A stretch of DNA of 64,000 nucleotides. Source: Azolla caroliniana. Its lineage: Eukaryota; Plantae; Polypodiophyta. The notes beneath the pieces were generated by a model. That model was not told the DNA's origin. It did not search any database and saw only the letters and a program-made list of their open reading frames with translations. Location: NCBI GenBank assembly GCA_043228905.1, contig JBHGNT010000014.1:7378001-7442000 (forward strand), read 5' to 3'. Below, one piece after another: positions 49,880 through 63,738 of this stretch. The number at the start of each line of letters is the position of its first letter. Within the stretch, counting starts at the first letter, position 1. The translations under genes were made by a program, and so were the position numbers.

Positions 49880-52143
49880 AGAAACGTGTTGGCAGGCGTC
49901 AATACGAGGAGCATCCCATTTATCTTCTTGATGTACCTCAGGTATTTACATTTATCTCAACATTTGTTTAGACTTTTGAGCTTAGTTAGTTAGCTTATTA
50001 GCTACCTCCGAATATGACCATACCAGAATAGCTAATTACCTACCTCAGAATATGACCATAGCTAACTAGCTACCAGTAATAGCTAATTAGCTCCCTTAGA
50101 ATATGACCATAGCTAACTAGCTACCAGTAATAGCTAATTAGCTCCCTCAGAATATGACCATAGCTAACTAGCTACTAGTAATAGCTAATTAGCTACTAGA
50201 AAAGCTAATTAGCTACCTCAGAATATGACCATAGCTAACTAGCTACTAGTAATAGCTTAATAACAATTGCCAATCGCTAATTTAGCTATTACCAGCTAAT
50301 TCGCTACCAGAATAGTTAATTAGCTACCTAAAAATATCGAACATAACTATTGAGCTTCCAGAATAGCTAATTAGCTACAAACATAGCTAATTAGCTACCA
50401 CAATAGCTAATTAGCAACCAAACTAGCTAATTAGCTGCTTATGACTATAGCTAATTAGCTACCACAATAGCTAATTAGCAACCAAACTAGCCAATTAGCT
50501 GCTTATGACTATAGCTAATTAGCTACCATAATAGCTAATCCCCTACTAGAATATCTAATTAGGTACCTAAGAATATGAGCATAGCTATTTAGCTACTAGA
50601 ATAGCTAATAAACAGTGTATGACAATAGCTAATTAGCTACCATAATAGCTAACTAGCACTTCCTAATAGCTAATTTAGTTATTACCAGCTAATTAGTTAC
50701 CCAAATAGCTATAGCTACCAATCATAGCAAATTAGCTAGCACTCTCAGCTAATTAGCTACCTAAATAGCTAATTAGCTGCCTAAATAGTTAATTAGCTGC
50801 CTCTAACTATAGCTAATTAGCTACCTAAGAATATGAGCATAGCTAATTAGCTGTGTATGACTAGTTAATTAGCTACCAAAATAGCTAACTAGCTAACTAG
50901 TTAATTAGTTGCATATGATTATAGCTAATTAGCTATGAGATTAGCTAACTAGCTATTCATAATAGCTAAATTAGCTATTACCAGGTAATTAGTTGCTAGG
51001 ATAGCTAATTAGTTACCAAAATAGCTATTTAGCTACCATAATAGCGAATTAGTTGCCTATGATTATAGCTAGTTAGCTACTAGAATAACTAACTAACTAT
51101 TCCCAATAACTAGTTAGTTATTACCAGTTAATTTAGCTATTACCAGCTATTTCACTGCCAGGATAGCTAATTAGCTACCAATCATAGTTATTTAGCTATT
51201 AGAATAGCTAATGAGCTGCCTATGAGTGTAGCTAATTTGCTACCTAAGAATATGACCATAACTATTTAGCTACCATAATAGCTAATTAGCTAATAGTTGC
51301 TAGGATAGCTAATTAGCCACCAGAATAGCTAATTAGTTATTACCAGCTAATTTAGCTATTACTAGCTATTTAACTGCCATGATAGCTAATTAGCTACCAG
51401 ATTAGCTAACTAGCTATTCCCAATAGCTAATTTAGTTATTACTAGCTAATTAGCTACCAGAATAGCTTACTAGCTACTGTAACAAGTTTGGAGCATAGCT
51501 AATCAACTAATCATTATGTCCATTTTATTACGCAGGTCGATTTATTTATTAGGTTTAGGCGAATGCATCCAAATATCAAAGTTCAACTAAGAACATTTGA
51601 GTCTCTTAAGCCACACTTTGTGAGATGCTTGAAGGATCGATACACATGTTGTAGCATGTACAAAAGAGTTTTCTCAAGGACTCTATTAATCTACTATGTC
51701 ACCATAACGCTTCCCTAACTAATGCAGTTTGCACTTGTGAGTGCCCAATTTGTTGATCGAGCCTGTAAGAGCCCTATAAATCATCTGAGCATGTTATCTC
51801 TTCCATGAGTTGTCTTTTAGATTCAATATTGTGTCCGAGAGATGTTGGGGCCATCTTCCACAGTCATAGGTTTATGTCAAGATTGTGGCCCTAGTAGATT
51901 TAGGTAGTGTCCAAATGAATTGAGTAATGAAATATTAATCTCTGTCAAGTTATTTGAGTCAGTTGAAACCAATTTTGAAGGAAAGGTGTGTAAAAGAAAG
52001 GATCTAGTTAGGAAGTCGCTTAAACCAAGGGATTTGGGGTCTCTATTTGTAGTATCTCTAGGAAAGTTAATAAAACACAACTTCATTTATTCATAGCAAG
52101 CCCATCAGTTTAAGACTTGCATATCTGATTTTCCAAATGATGC
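49880..52143 (+). pseudogene. Spliced DNA-transposase-like relic (Cys-rich, Sola2/EnSpm-type N-terminal half), exons ~49880-49941 and 51536-52143
   Basis: In-frame join KRVGRRQYEEHPIYLLDVPQ|VDLFIRFRRMHPNIKVQLRTFESLKPHFVRCLKDRYTCC; later CTCECPIC, LCP, CQDCG, LIKHNFIYS*QAHQFKTCISDFP; CAG/GT donor and CAG/G acceptor. Confidence 0.55.
49985..51505. repeat. Palindromic TAGCTAATTAGCTA satellite
   Basis: Dozens of exact or degenerate 14-bp palindromes with short spacers; ~49-bp higher-order unit at 50047-50250. Confidence 0.95.
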
Positions 52144-53110
52144 TGTTGAGAATCGAACTTAACTTCCCATAGGAATAGGTTCACACTAGCCCATGGACAT
52201 ACCAGGCTAGTTTTGTAAATAGCAGAACGGGCGCTTACCCTAGCTTAGTTGGTATATAAAACAACTCATTGTAACTTAGTGACTGTTGGAAGTCTTATGT
52301 AATATACAGTTTGATTATCTTTGTCCTAAGCTCTCACTCACTCTCTCTCTCATCTATTGACACACACACACACTCACTCACTCACTCACTCACTCATCTT
52401 CCGCTACATTACAACCACTCTTGCCTCTTCATTTCTTTACATGGTATCAGAGCGTGTGGATGTCTGATCACACCTATTCAATTGTGTTGTGCTGCACGCC
52501 GACGATCAACAAAACTGGTTAATCAACAGAAGAAGAAATCACCATGAACACTAAGATGGGAAGCGCCCTTCCTACAGAGAAGCTCGACAGAACGAACTTT
52601 GCATCTTGGGAGTACAAGATGCATCAATACCCTGTCGGACAAGGTTACTAGAGCTACATTGAAGGAGCTCACGAAACACAACCCAACCCAACACACGTCG
52701 ACTATCCCGCTTGGGAGCAGGCCGCGACCTGTGTGTTGTATTGTCTAGCATCATGTGTTCATGATCATATGCTTGGCTACATTCGAGAGGCAAAAACGTC
52801 GAAGCAGGCGTGGGAAAATCTCAAAAAGATTTTCGTAGCCAACACGGCCACATGCAAGCTCCAGCTTCGTCAAGAGCTAAATAGCATCCAACAAAGGGAC
52901 ATGTCAATCTCAAGCTATACCTTGAAGATCAAGGAGCTATGTGATGCCCTCGGATCGATCAACTTTGTTATTGATATTGACGAACTGGTGCAAATATGCC
53001 TCGGAGGCTTAGCACCGCGTTTCGGCGCCATTAGATCAACCATTCTTGCAAGGGAGAACCCTCCCTCCTTCTTTGACCTTCAATCGATATTATTGGTTGA
53101 AGAGAATCGA
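52144..53110 (+). mobile_element. Copia C1 5' part: LTR 52144-52441, Met PBS, gag
   Basis: TGGTATCAGAGC 52442-52453; gag from ATG 52556 MGSALPTEKLDRTNFASWEYKM...KLQLRQELN. Confidence 0.9.
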
Positions 53111-53124
53111 TATTTATTTATTTT

Positions 53125-56100
53125 TAGGATTGTTAATATGTATCCGGCCCAAACGGACCCGTCTCTGGATTGTGCTTGTTGATTGCCTGATCGGTTATCG
53201 TCTCGTCGTGCTTACCGGTGTCCGGTGCGGTGTCAGCATTTGTTTGCTCAAACAAACGGGTTCTTTGGCATGGGTCCATAGTATGGTTTGAGTCGAAACC
53301 CATTCACCCATTTACCCATAACTTCTTCGGCGAGTGTTCCTATCTGGTACGAACCGTTGAACTCCCGTGTAATCTAATATGGTCTAGTCCACCGAAACCG
53401 TAGCTTCCCCGACAGCTTACCCATCCGGGTCTGGAATACAAGTACCGGGTTGCCGATCCCGAACCTTTTTCCGTTACCTTTCCGGTGTCGATCGACGAAT
53501 GCTTTCCTTCTCCGTTGCTCTAGTTCCATGTGCATCAGGCTGGCGATCCGGTGTTCCTCTAGTTTGCACAGTACTGCTAGCCGGATGGTTTCCAACTCCT
53601 TCTTGTTCACGCATTACCTAACCTGTAACCGCAAGCTGGGAATCTGGTATTCGATCGGCATTACCGCTTCCTATCCGAATGCCAATCGGAAATGCGTTGT
53701 CCGGATACTTGTCTTATATGTTGTCCGGTAGGCCCAAAGTGCACTGTGCAGCTTTGTATCCCAATCCGTCCGGTTCTCATTGACGATTTTCCGGAGGATG
53801 TTTTGTAGTGTCTTATTTGTGGATTCGGCTAATCCGTTGGCTTGCGGATAATACGGAGTGCTTCGCTTATGCACCACTGCATAGAATGTCGTCAAGCTCT
53901 CCACCACTTGTCCCAAGAAATGCCCTCTTTGGTTGTTGATTAGCTCGATAGGATATCCATACCGGCACTAGATACATTCATATAAAAAATTTGCCGTGTA
54001 TGCCGCGGTGTTGTCACCTAGTGCTTTGGCCTCCACCCACTTGGTGCAGTAGTCCATAGCGACAATAATGTATTGGTTGCCGGTTCTCATTGCTGGTGGT
54101 TTAAATGGGCCGATGAAGTCCAGGTCCCATTTCTGAAATGGTTCCAATGGCAGCACTGACTGGTGAGGCATTCTTGCCTATTCCGTTGGTTGGCCCATCC
54201 GTTGACACAAATCACATTCTTTAGCATACTGGACGACATCTTTTAATGTTGTTGGCCACCATAGGCCACTCTGCCATATTTTCCTTGCCGTAGCGTCCCC
54301 AGCAAAATGCCCTTCAGCAACGCCGCAGTGTGCTTCACGTAGTATTTGGTCTTTTTCGTCGCTACGCACCGCGCGCCGCCATATGCTATTCGCGCCTTTA
54401 TGATATTGTGTCCCGCAGTAGGCAGAAGTGTCGGCTTTGTACTGATAATATTTTCTGCTCGTCTTTGTTCATCTCCTCTGGAGGTAAGCCAGTGCTCAGG
54501 AATTGGTGCATGTTAGTGAGCCACTTGTCCTCCTCGGCGATCGTGCCATCTGTTGTCGTTTCGGCTGTGACCCTAAACCAGTATGCATCTAGGAATTCGT
54601 TTGCGACCCCGTCCCCGGTTTCTCCGGAGTCTAACCGGCTCAAATAATCCGCAACCGCATGTTGTATGCCTGGCCGGTGGAATATCTCGAACTCAAATTC
54701 CTATAATAATAGCGTCCACCGGGCCAGCTTACCCGTGAGTGATGCTTTTGAGACCAAGTACAGTAGCGCCGAATGATCTACATGAAAGGAAAATTTCCTC
54801 CCCAACAAGTGTCGGAACTTGGTTACGCTATAGATCATGCCCAAGGCCTCTCTTTCCGTCGTAGAGTAATTCTGTTCCGCCTGGGACAGCTTACGACTGG
54901 CATAATACACGGGCCGGTACCACTTGGGTTCGGTAAGCTGCATTAATGCACTCCCTATTGCTATGTCGGATGCGTCTATGAATACTTTTAATGCCCGGTA
55001 AGCCTTCTCTTCTGTGTACGTCCATTGAAACGGTGTTCAATGCACCGCGGCATGCAATGGTGTGGCCAGGTCTGCTAGATACCGGAGCATCTGGCTATGC
55101 CACCGGATTTGTCCTAGGAACCGACTCAATGCTTTCGCCGTGGTGGGTGCCGATGCCTCCAAAATTGCTTTGACCTTGTCTGGGTCTACTGCAATACCGT
55201 CCTTGCTAACGATGTGGCCTAGTAATGCCCCTCTTGACACACCAAACACGCATTTTTCCGGGTTAAGGCTTAACCGGTAAACCCTACATTTCTCAAGACA
55301 TAGTCGGAGGTATTGGAGGTGTTCCCCTTCTTGGTTGTACACGGCGAAATCATCTAAGAACACCTGCATGAATGTTGGAATAAATTCTTCGAAAATCTCC
55401 ATGATGATTCGCTGAAAGGTTGCCGGCGCCGTTTTAAGTTTGATCATGACTATGGCAACAAATACTCCCCATTCGGTAACAAAAGCGGTTTTCTCCTGGT
55501 CATCAGGGTGCATCCGGATCTGATTGTAGCCGTTGAACCCGTCCAGGAAACTATACACTTCGTGACCGGCTACCGCATCCAAGACTCCCTCTATAAACGG
55601 GAGTGGGAATGCATCGGTTACCGTTGCCTCTTTCAACTTCCGATGCATCAAACTCAGCCACGTTGCCTTCTTGACCGGTCGGATGAACCCTACCCATAAC
55701 AATTTATCAATTTCGTCCTTTACTTTTGCTGCATAGTTAGGGTTCATCCGGTAGCGCCGTTGTGCCACCAGCTTGGCATCCTTACTCAGATGTATCTAGT
55801 GTTGATACAAATGAGGGTCTAGCCCCCGCATGTCTTCGTAAGACCACGCGAACATGTCTCGGAACTCCTTTAATAAGGTGATCGTTGTCATCTTCCTTTC
55901 GGGAGTCATTTCTTTGGCGATGTGAACCGGTCTCGCATCTTCTGCGGTACCGAGGTTTACCTCTTCCAGTTCCTTCTCCAACGCTTCCTGCGCTTGGTGT
56001 AACTCTCTGATGGCCTCCTTATCCGGTTCTTCACCGGCCTCCTCCGGTATGATGTATGGACCACTGCTTCGGCGACATCGACTTCAAATAAAGGTACAAT

Positions 56101-57868
56101 TTTTGGATTCTCCTGTAAGTATTGATCGACCTCCTCATCAGCCAATCCTTCAAGCATGTTGACACATTCCTCATACAGCGGTGTCAGCTCCTTTCCGGTA
56201 CTTGAACGTGGTTGTGCAGGTACCCGTACTTTCACTTTGCCGCACCGGAAACTAATGATGTTTTTCCGCCAGTTTTGCTTGATGTGTGTTGTTTTTAACC
56301 ATGGCCGGCCCAGCAACAGTGGGTATGCTCCTTGTGCATTGAGTTGGAGGACTACTGCCGAAATGCGAAATGCGTGACCTCCGATAGTCACTTCCAAATC
56401 TCGTATCAATCCGGTAGGCCTTACTGAACTTGTGTCCGCCATCCGAAGCAAAAACGGGCACGGCTCGCAATCCTGGATTCCCAGGGTATTACAAGTTCGG
56501 AGGCTTATCACATTCACGCCGGATCCTCCGTCTATAATCATTCCGGGTAGCTCTCATCCCTTGATGATGGTTGTGATAGCCGGACTGCTCGTGTCCACTA
56601 CCGCTGGTCCTTCCTCCGGATTAGAAAAGAATGTCGGAGCCGGTGTTGTGCCGACCGCAGTCATTCCCGTCTTCAGTTCTTCCGTAAACCGAGGTACTGT
56701 TGGGTTTTCCGCTTGGCCATTGCTAGTTGTCTCCTCTAAGTTCTCCTTTTGTTGTTCCAGTTTTGCCACATTCTGCTCGTTTGCCTTTTTTACCCATTCG
56801 GTGGCCTACTTCCGGATGGCTTCTTGGGTTTCCCACTTTGTTGCTTTTCCTTTTGCCCTCGTGGTCACTTGTTGTATGTTCGCTACCATCATGTTTACCG
56901 CTGGTCGCTTATCGTAGCTTTTCGCCAGACATTGGTTACTGTAGTGTCCCTCTTGTCGGCAATAGTAGCAGTATGCCTTCCAGCTATTGTTGGATTCTGC
57001 TTTCGCCCCGAGACCCGGTTGAGGTCCTGTGGGAAGTGCTTGGCCTTGGTCCGATTGGTTGCTTGATGTACGCTGTTCCGGCTCCCATTGGTGACCCCCT
57101 TTTTTTATTGAAATGTCGTTTTTTGTTTAATTGCTTTTTGTTCCGGAAATCCTGTCGGAGCCAGTTGTCGTACTTGCCATAGTCCTCCCTTTGGGGCTTG
57201 TACCCAAGGGAGTGATCCCGGTTGTAGCACTCATTCCGTTCCTTATTATAGTTCCGATATGTATCATATCTATCATACCGGTCGCAGTCATAAGCGTTTC
57301 TTCGATCACCGTGCCAGACATCATGTGCTGGCCGGTAACGCTCCTCTCACCGCCAACGTTCTTCTTCCTCCTCCTGGTTGCTCTGTGGTTTGATTTGCCG
57401 GACTGGGGGTGCTTGCCGATTCACCAAGTTATACTTGCATCGATCCATTGCGTGGTTTCTGGAATGGCAAAGCAAGCATTGAGAACACATGGTGCACTCC
57501 AGTGCCGAATGTCCGGCATTCAGGCAAGTCGTACATTGAACTGCTTGTCGAAAGCGGAGGTCTTGATCTGTCGGTAACGTTCCTTGGAATGCCCCCATCG
57601 TCAGCCATGAGCTGGAGTTTTCCATTTCCCTGACTCGGTCGGTCTATGACCTGGTCCACAGAACTCGTGCAGAAATCAATAATTGTGCACACTGTTCATA
57701 GGGGTTCCCGGAGTGCTGCAAGGAATATCGCCTTAGTCTCTTCATTTAGTGGTGCCCGACTAAGTTGGTTGTGCATTCTTTGGAATCAGATTACAAATTG
57801 TTGAATGTTCTCTGTGGGCTCCTACCTGATGGTATAGAATAGGCCGACCATTTCCCGTTGATCCACCG
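53125..57868 (-). mobile_element. Older LTR-less copy of the young gypsy family (gag 3' half, PR, RT, RH, full-length degenerate integrase)
   Basis: Colinear with 28690-33070; retains H.G..GH/CDLCQ zinc finger and WDLDFIGP, YYPQANGLAE core. Confidence 0.9.
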
Positions 57869-59502
57869 ACAGATTGTCGGAAGCCTTATTTACTTGACTA
57901 TCACACGACCCGACATCAGCTATCCGATTGGAATGATAAGTCAGTTCATGCAAAAGCGGACCGTGGAGCACCTTTAGTGCGCGCAAAGGATATTGCGGTA
58001 TGTCAGCGGCATGAAGGACCGAGGATTGTTATATCGGCGCGGTATACCCGAAGAGCTTGTCGGTTACACGGATGCCGATTGGGCTGCCAATGCATCAAAT
58101 CGCCGATCAACCTCCAGTTACATGTTTTCCCTAGGTAGCGCGGCTGTTGCATGGAGCAACAAAAAGCAGCCAACAGTTGTTCTGTCGAGCACTGAGCCTG
58201 AGTATCGGGGCGCTACCATTGCCACCTGTGAAGCCATTTGGCTTCGGCGACTGCTACAAGACCTACGGATCGAGGTACCGACCCCGATTTTGGTCTACTG
58301 CGACAACATAAGCAGCATGCAACTCGCCAAGAACCCCGTATTCCATGGTCGCACAAAGCACATAGAAGTGCACTATCACTTTGTGCGTGAGCGTGTCCTG
58401 AGCGGTGAGGTTGAACTTCGGTATGTTCACACAGATCGGCAAGTTGCCGACATCTTCACCAAACCACTCGGATCAGACAAGTTGCATCACTTCACCAAAA
58501 TGCTTGGTGTTCAGCATCTCGACGTGCCACACTTGAGGGGGAGAACGAGCAAAGACACTGGAACGGGCAAAGGCAAAGAGACTGCCGATTGCGCTGGTGA
58601 GGGAAGAACAGGGGGTGGTAGAGTCAAGAAGGACAGAGCCGACTGAAGGAAGAAGGTCAAGACCCGGACGTGGTCCGATGTGGTAATGGGCTTGGAACCA
58701 GAAGACGAATTGGGAGCAACCGATTCAGACAAGAGCTGGAACGAATCGGAGACAGTCAATTCGGTGCAAAAGATAGATTCGGAAGAACCGGATCAATTCA
58801 AGGCCAAGCAGACACGGATGCAGCGGAAGTCGATGCCATCGCGGAGGAACCAACAAATAGGCAAGCGCCGGAGTCATAGTAGTGAAGGAGCTGAGAGGGG
58901 CCTATTGAGCAGACATACCGACCGAGAAGGTCGAGGCGCGCAGAACAAGAGGGGTCGCGGCAAACAGAACCGGACTGGACGAGGAGCACGAGCAAGGCGG
59001 AGCGACGCCAGGAGAAATTGGTTGGAAGAACCGATTGCCACAAAGACTGACACCAGGATCCAACCTCAAGTGGAGCTTGAGGGGGAGTGTTGAGCGGCAA
59101 GCTCAACTGGAGCCGGATCGGCTGAATAAGCCTGAGCCGGCAAGTGAGATGGATCGGTAAGCTGTGAGCAACCGAGCCCGCAAGCAAAAGAGCCGATGAG
59201 CTGGGGAGCTGGTTAGCCGGATCCATTCAGTAACCGGAAGCCTAGTATTAGTGTAGACTACTAGGCAATTATAGTCTCGTAGTAAGTGTCAGATGCTCGT
59301 GTGAGCATTGAAGTACGTGGTACTTTTGTCAGTCCCACGAGGACTTGTATAAATGATGCTACTGAGCATAGTTGTATGTACAGAGTGTTTTATATATTTT
59401 TGAATATAGCTTTGAGGTTCTGCTCTCTCTATCTCTCTCGAGTACTCTGTGTATTCCCTAATTTCTCTATTTTTCTAACGCTTCCGCATGTAATCGTTTA
59501 CA
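57869..59502 (+). mobile_element. Copia (C1-related) 3' part: RT end, RNase H, 3' extension, PPT, LTR 59088-59502
   Basis: IVGSLIYLTITRPD, YTDADWA, LAKNPVFHGRTKHIEVHYHF; GAGGGGGAG 59079-59087; TGTTGAG...TTTACA. Confidence 0.9.
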
Positions 59503-60160
59503 CCTCTGCCGTCGAAAGCTTAATGTACGCAATGGTGTGCACCCAGCCCAATATTGCATATGTCGTCGAAGTAGTCAACCGGTTCATGAGCAATCCGGAA
59601 AGAGAGGACTAGAACTCGGTCAAGTGGATACTCCAGTATCTCAAAGCTACCTCGAGTATGTGCCTTCGATTTGGCTTCAGTAAACCCCAACTTGATAGAT
59701 TCACGGATTCGGATATGTCAGCTGATGCGGATACCAGCCGGTCTACATCTAGATATGTCATGCATGACTTATGCAGGGCGAGCCGTATCATGGCAATCGA
59801 GGTTGCAGAAATCCGTTGCACTATCGACAATAGAAGTGGAGTACATGGCAACTGTGGAACCTGGCAAGGAGATAATCTGGATGAGGAACTTCATCGGAGA
59901 GCTAGGGACCAGACAAGAGGAATACTGACTCTACTACAACAGTCAAAGTGCCATCCACCTTGCGAAGAATGCGGCCTACCATTCTCGGACCAAGCATATC
60001 CAGAGGAGATATCACTGGCTCTAGGATAGAGTACAAGATCAAGACTTCGTGCTAACGAAGATCCACACGAAGGAAAACACATCGGATATGCTGACCACAG
60101 TGCTTTCAACTGACAAGCTAGACGCGTGTAGAAGACGAATCGGATTAACGAGAAATCCCA
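59503..60160 (+). mobile_element. Tnt1/Tork-like copia RT end and RNase H fragment
   Basis: SAVESLMYAMVCT, VSWQSRLQKSVALST, DMLT motifs. Confidence 0.85.
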
Positions 60161-60354
60161 TGCTGGAGAGTCGAACTCAACTTCCCATAGTAATAGGTTT
60201 CACACAAGCTCATTGCCATACCATGCTAGTTTTATAAGTAGTAGAAAGGGCACTTACCCTAGCTTAGTTGGTATTTAAACCAACCCCTTGTAGCTTAGTT
60301 ATTGTTGGAAGTATTTTGGTTAGTGTAACATACAAACTTTTATCTCTGTCTTAA

Positions 60355-60416
<62 letters not shown>

Positions 60417-60915
60417 TTTTAACTTACGTACACACACACACATAGAGTCCTTCCACTACATCTCAACCACTCTTGCTCCTCATTTCTTTACATGGTATCA
60501 GAGCGTGTGGTTGCTTAATCGAATCTATCCAACTATGTTGCGGTACACACCTACAATCAACAGAACCGGCTCGTCAACAAGATGCATCAAGACCTTGTCG
60601 GACAAGGTTATTGGAGCTACATTGAAGGAGCTCAAGAAACTCAACCCAACCCAACACACGCCGACTATCCCGCTTGGGAGCAGGCCACAAGCCGTGTGTT
60701 GTATTGCCTTGCATCATGCATTCATGATCATATGCTTGGCTATATTCGAGATTCAAAAACACCGAGAGAAGGTTGGGGAAATCTCAAGAAGATTTTTGCG
60801 GGCAACACGACTGCACTAAAACTCCAACTTCGACAAGAGCTAAACAACATGCAACAGAGGCACATGTCAATCACCAGCTATACCTTAAAGATCAAGGAGC
60901 TATGTGATGCCCTAA
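60161..60915 (+). mobile_element. Copia C1 5' LTR (60161-60492), Met PBS and gag fragment
   Basis: LTR homologous to 622-878 with (CT)n expansion; TGGTATCAGAGC 60493-60504; MHQDLVGQGYWSYIEG. Confidence 0.88.
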
Positions 60916-62500
60916 GTTGGATTAGTCACTTCATCAATGGAGACCTATTTCTTTGATGGGGGGGTTATATAAGATATTTACAAAGGTCTTCGAAAATAGA
61001 TTACAAAAGTATTTACCAAAGTTGATACATCCCGCCCAATATGGTTTTATTGTAGGTAGGAATGTATTGCATAATGTGTTGAATGTTCAAATGGCCATGG
61101 ATTATGCTCAAAACACTCATCAAGAATTGATTATGGTGCAATTAGATTTGAAGAAAGCTTATGATCATGTTAATTAGTCCTTTGTTTCTGGGTTAATGCA
61201 TACAATGGGTTTTTAGACCTCGTATGTCTCGCCTCATATTTTTATTAGGACAAGATGCGGTACTCGAGTCATGCTTAATGGAGGAGTTACATAAGATATT
61301 TCCCTTACAAGGTCCGTTCGTCAAGGATGTCCTATTACTCATCCCTTGTTAGTGATGCTATCAAGGCTTGTAACAAATGGTGATATTGTGGGTCTACACC
61401 TTCGTATGGAGGGCAACTAGTTGCACAAGCTTTGGCTGATGATTCTTTCATGTTTCTACAAGCCTCACGAGAGAATATTGAGAAGGGGATGCTTGTATGG
61501 AACCAATTTGCATTGGCTTCGGATTTGGAATGTTTAGGATGACAAGGATTTGTGGTGAAGAAAGGCTCTATTTTTCGACACTTGGGCTATCCATTAGGAA
61601 TGAATGTTATAAATGGTCAATTGATTGAATGGATGTCTAGTAAGTTGAGGGATAAGTTCATGTACTGGAAATCGCACTCTTGGCCATTTCATGTATGTTT
61701 GAAGGTTGTACAATGTATTATGGAACCTATAATATTATATTACTTGCCATTGCTGCCGTGGACAAAGAAGGCTTTGCATTCTATTTTGCAACCTCTTCGA
61801 TATTTGTTGTGGAAGAAAAGGGATAAGATGGGAATCACTTGGGTTGCATGGAATCATCTAGCAACTCCTAAGTGCTTCGGGGAAGTTGGAGTATTCAACT
61901 TATCTAAAGTATATGATGGCTCGTAGATTTTCATTATTACAAGACGTGTTCAAACTCACAACCATGGATATCTATTGTTCGATATTTCATTGAGAACAAG
62001 TTCATGTATTGGAAATCATAATCTTGGCCATTTCATGTACGTTTGAAGGTTGTACAATGTATTATGGAACCTATAATATTATCTTACTTGCCATTGTTAC
62101 CGTGGACAAAGAAGGCTTTGCATTCTATTTTGCAACCTCTTCGATATAATAGTTGTGGAAGAAAAGGGATAAGATGGGAATCACTTGGGTTGCATGGAAT
62201 CATCTAGCAACTCCTAAGCGCTTGGGGGAAGTTGGAGTATTCAACTTATCTAAGTATATGATGGCTCGTAGATTTTCATTATTACAAGACGTGTTCAAAC
62301 TCACAACCATGGATATCTATTGTTCAATATTTCATTGAGAACAAGGGTTTAACACATGGGAGGACAACAATTAAGGCTTCATGGTGGCAATTACTAAATG
62401 GATGTATTCACTTAGGATTCTGGGCTCTACATGTGTTCAACACTTGGTTACCTCATGGCAAGAAGCACTCTTGTTATGTGTATAGAAATAATCAATTTAC
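60916..62500 (+). mobile_element. Degenerate L1-type LINE RT fragment with ~344-bp tandem duplication (61654-61997, 61998-62345)
   Basis: YKIFTKV..NRL, QYGFIVGR, LDLKKAYDHV, SVRQGCP, LADD, FRHLGYPLG. Confidence 0.85.
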
Positions 62501-62519
62501 ACCTTAGTTCATCACCCAC

Positions 62520-63720
62520 TTGTCGTTTGTGGAACATAAAGACTTCTCTGATGTATTTGAGAAATGTAAGGCAAATCGTTTGCCCAAACACGAGCTCTAC
62601 AGCTGTCAGATCGATCTTCAAGAAGTCGCATGTCCAAAATTTGGTCCTCTATATGTGTTGTCTACACTAGAGGTAAAGGCCCTTCTACTATATCTCGATG
62701 AGAACCTCATGAAAGGATTTATTCAACCTTCTAAGTCGTCGGGCGGGGCCCCCATATTATTCGTGAAGAAGAAGGACAACTCTCTACGATTATGTGTAGA
62801 CTATCGAGGTAACCGTTATCTGCTCCCTCTGATTCCCAAACTCCTTGACCTGCTCCGCACTATGTGTGTCTTCTCCAAAGTTGATCTACCTGGCGAGTAC
62901 AATTAGGTACACATCAAGCCTGGTAATGAATGGAAAACCGCATTCTGAGCATGGTATGGGCATTTCGAATACAAGGTAATGCCTTTCGGCCTTACTAACA
63001 CCGCAACTATTTTTCAACATATCATGAACAATATAATCCGAGAATATCTCAATCATTTCATAGTCATCTACCTTGATGATATTCTTATTTTTTCGCCAAA
63101 CATAGTGGAGCACACCCGCCAAGTCTGATTAGTTATTATTAAACTTTGGGAGCACGACCTTTATGCAAAAAGTGAGAAATCCGAGTTTGATTGTACCTCG
63201 ATTGAATTCCTGGGCTACATCATCTCACCCGTTGGCATCACGATGGATAAGAAGAAGGTCTCGGTCATTCGGGAGTGGGCAACTCCAAATCGCTTCATCA
63301 AGGGGTTTTCCACCCTAGCCCAACCTCTTATTGCCCTCACCCACAAAGGTAGTCCCTTGTTATGGTCCTTGACGGAACAAAATGCATTCGACTCACTCCA
63401 ACACGCATTGATCACTGCCCCCGTCCATGCTTTTACATGTCAACCCCACTTCCAAATCTAAACCAATGCCGCTGACTTCGCAATTGCTGCCATCTTATCC
63501 CAAGCCGACGACACCAACAAAATGCACCCAGCGGCCTACTACACCCACAAATTCATGACATCCGAAATCAATTATCCAATATACGACAAGGAGCTTGTTG
63601 TTATTATTGCTGCCTTTGAAGAATGGTGCCCCTACTTGGCCGGCACATAACACCGTGTCTAGTTAGGAACTGATCATAAGAATTTCGTTTATTTTTCACC
63701 ACTTGTACTTTGAATTGAAG
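62520..63720 (+). mobile_element. Degenerate Tcn1-like gypsy RT and RNase H
   Basis: GFIQPSKSSGGAPILFVKKKDNSLRLCVDYRG, MPFGLTN, YLDD, YDKELV. Confidence 0.85.
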
Positions 63721-63738
63721 GCCATTGTGGTCGACATT

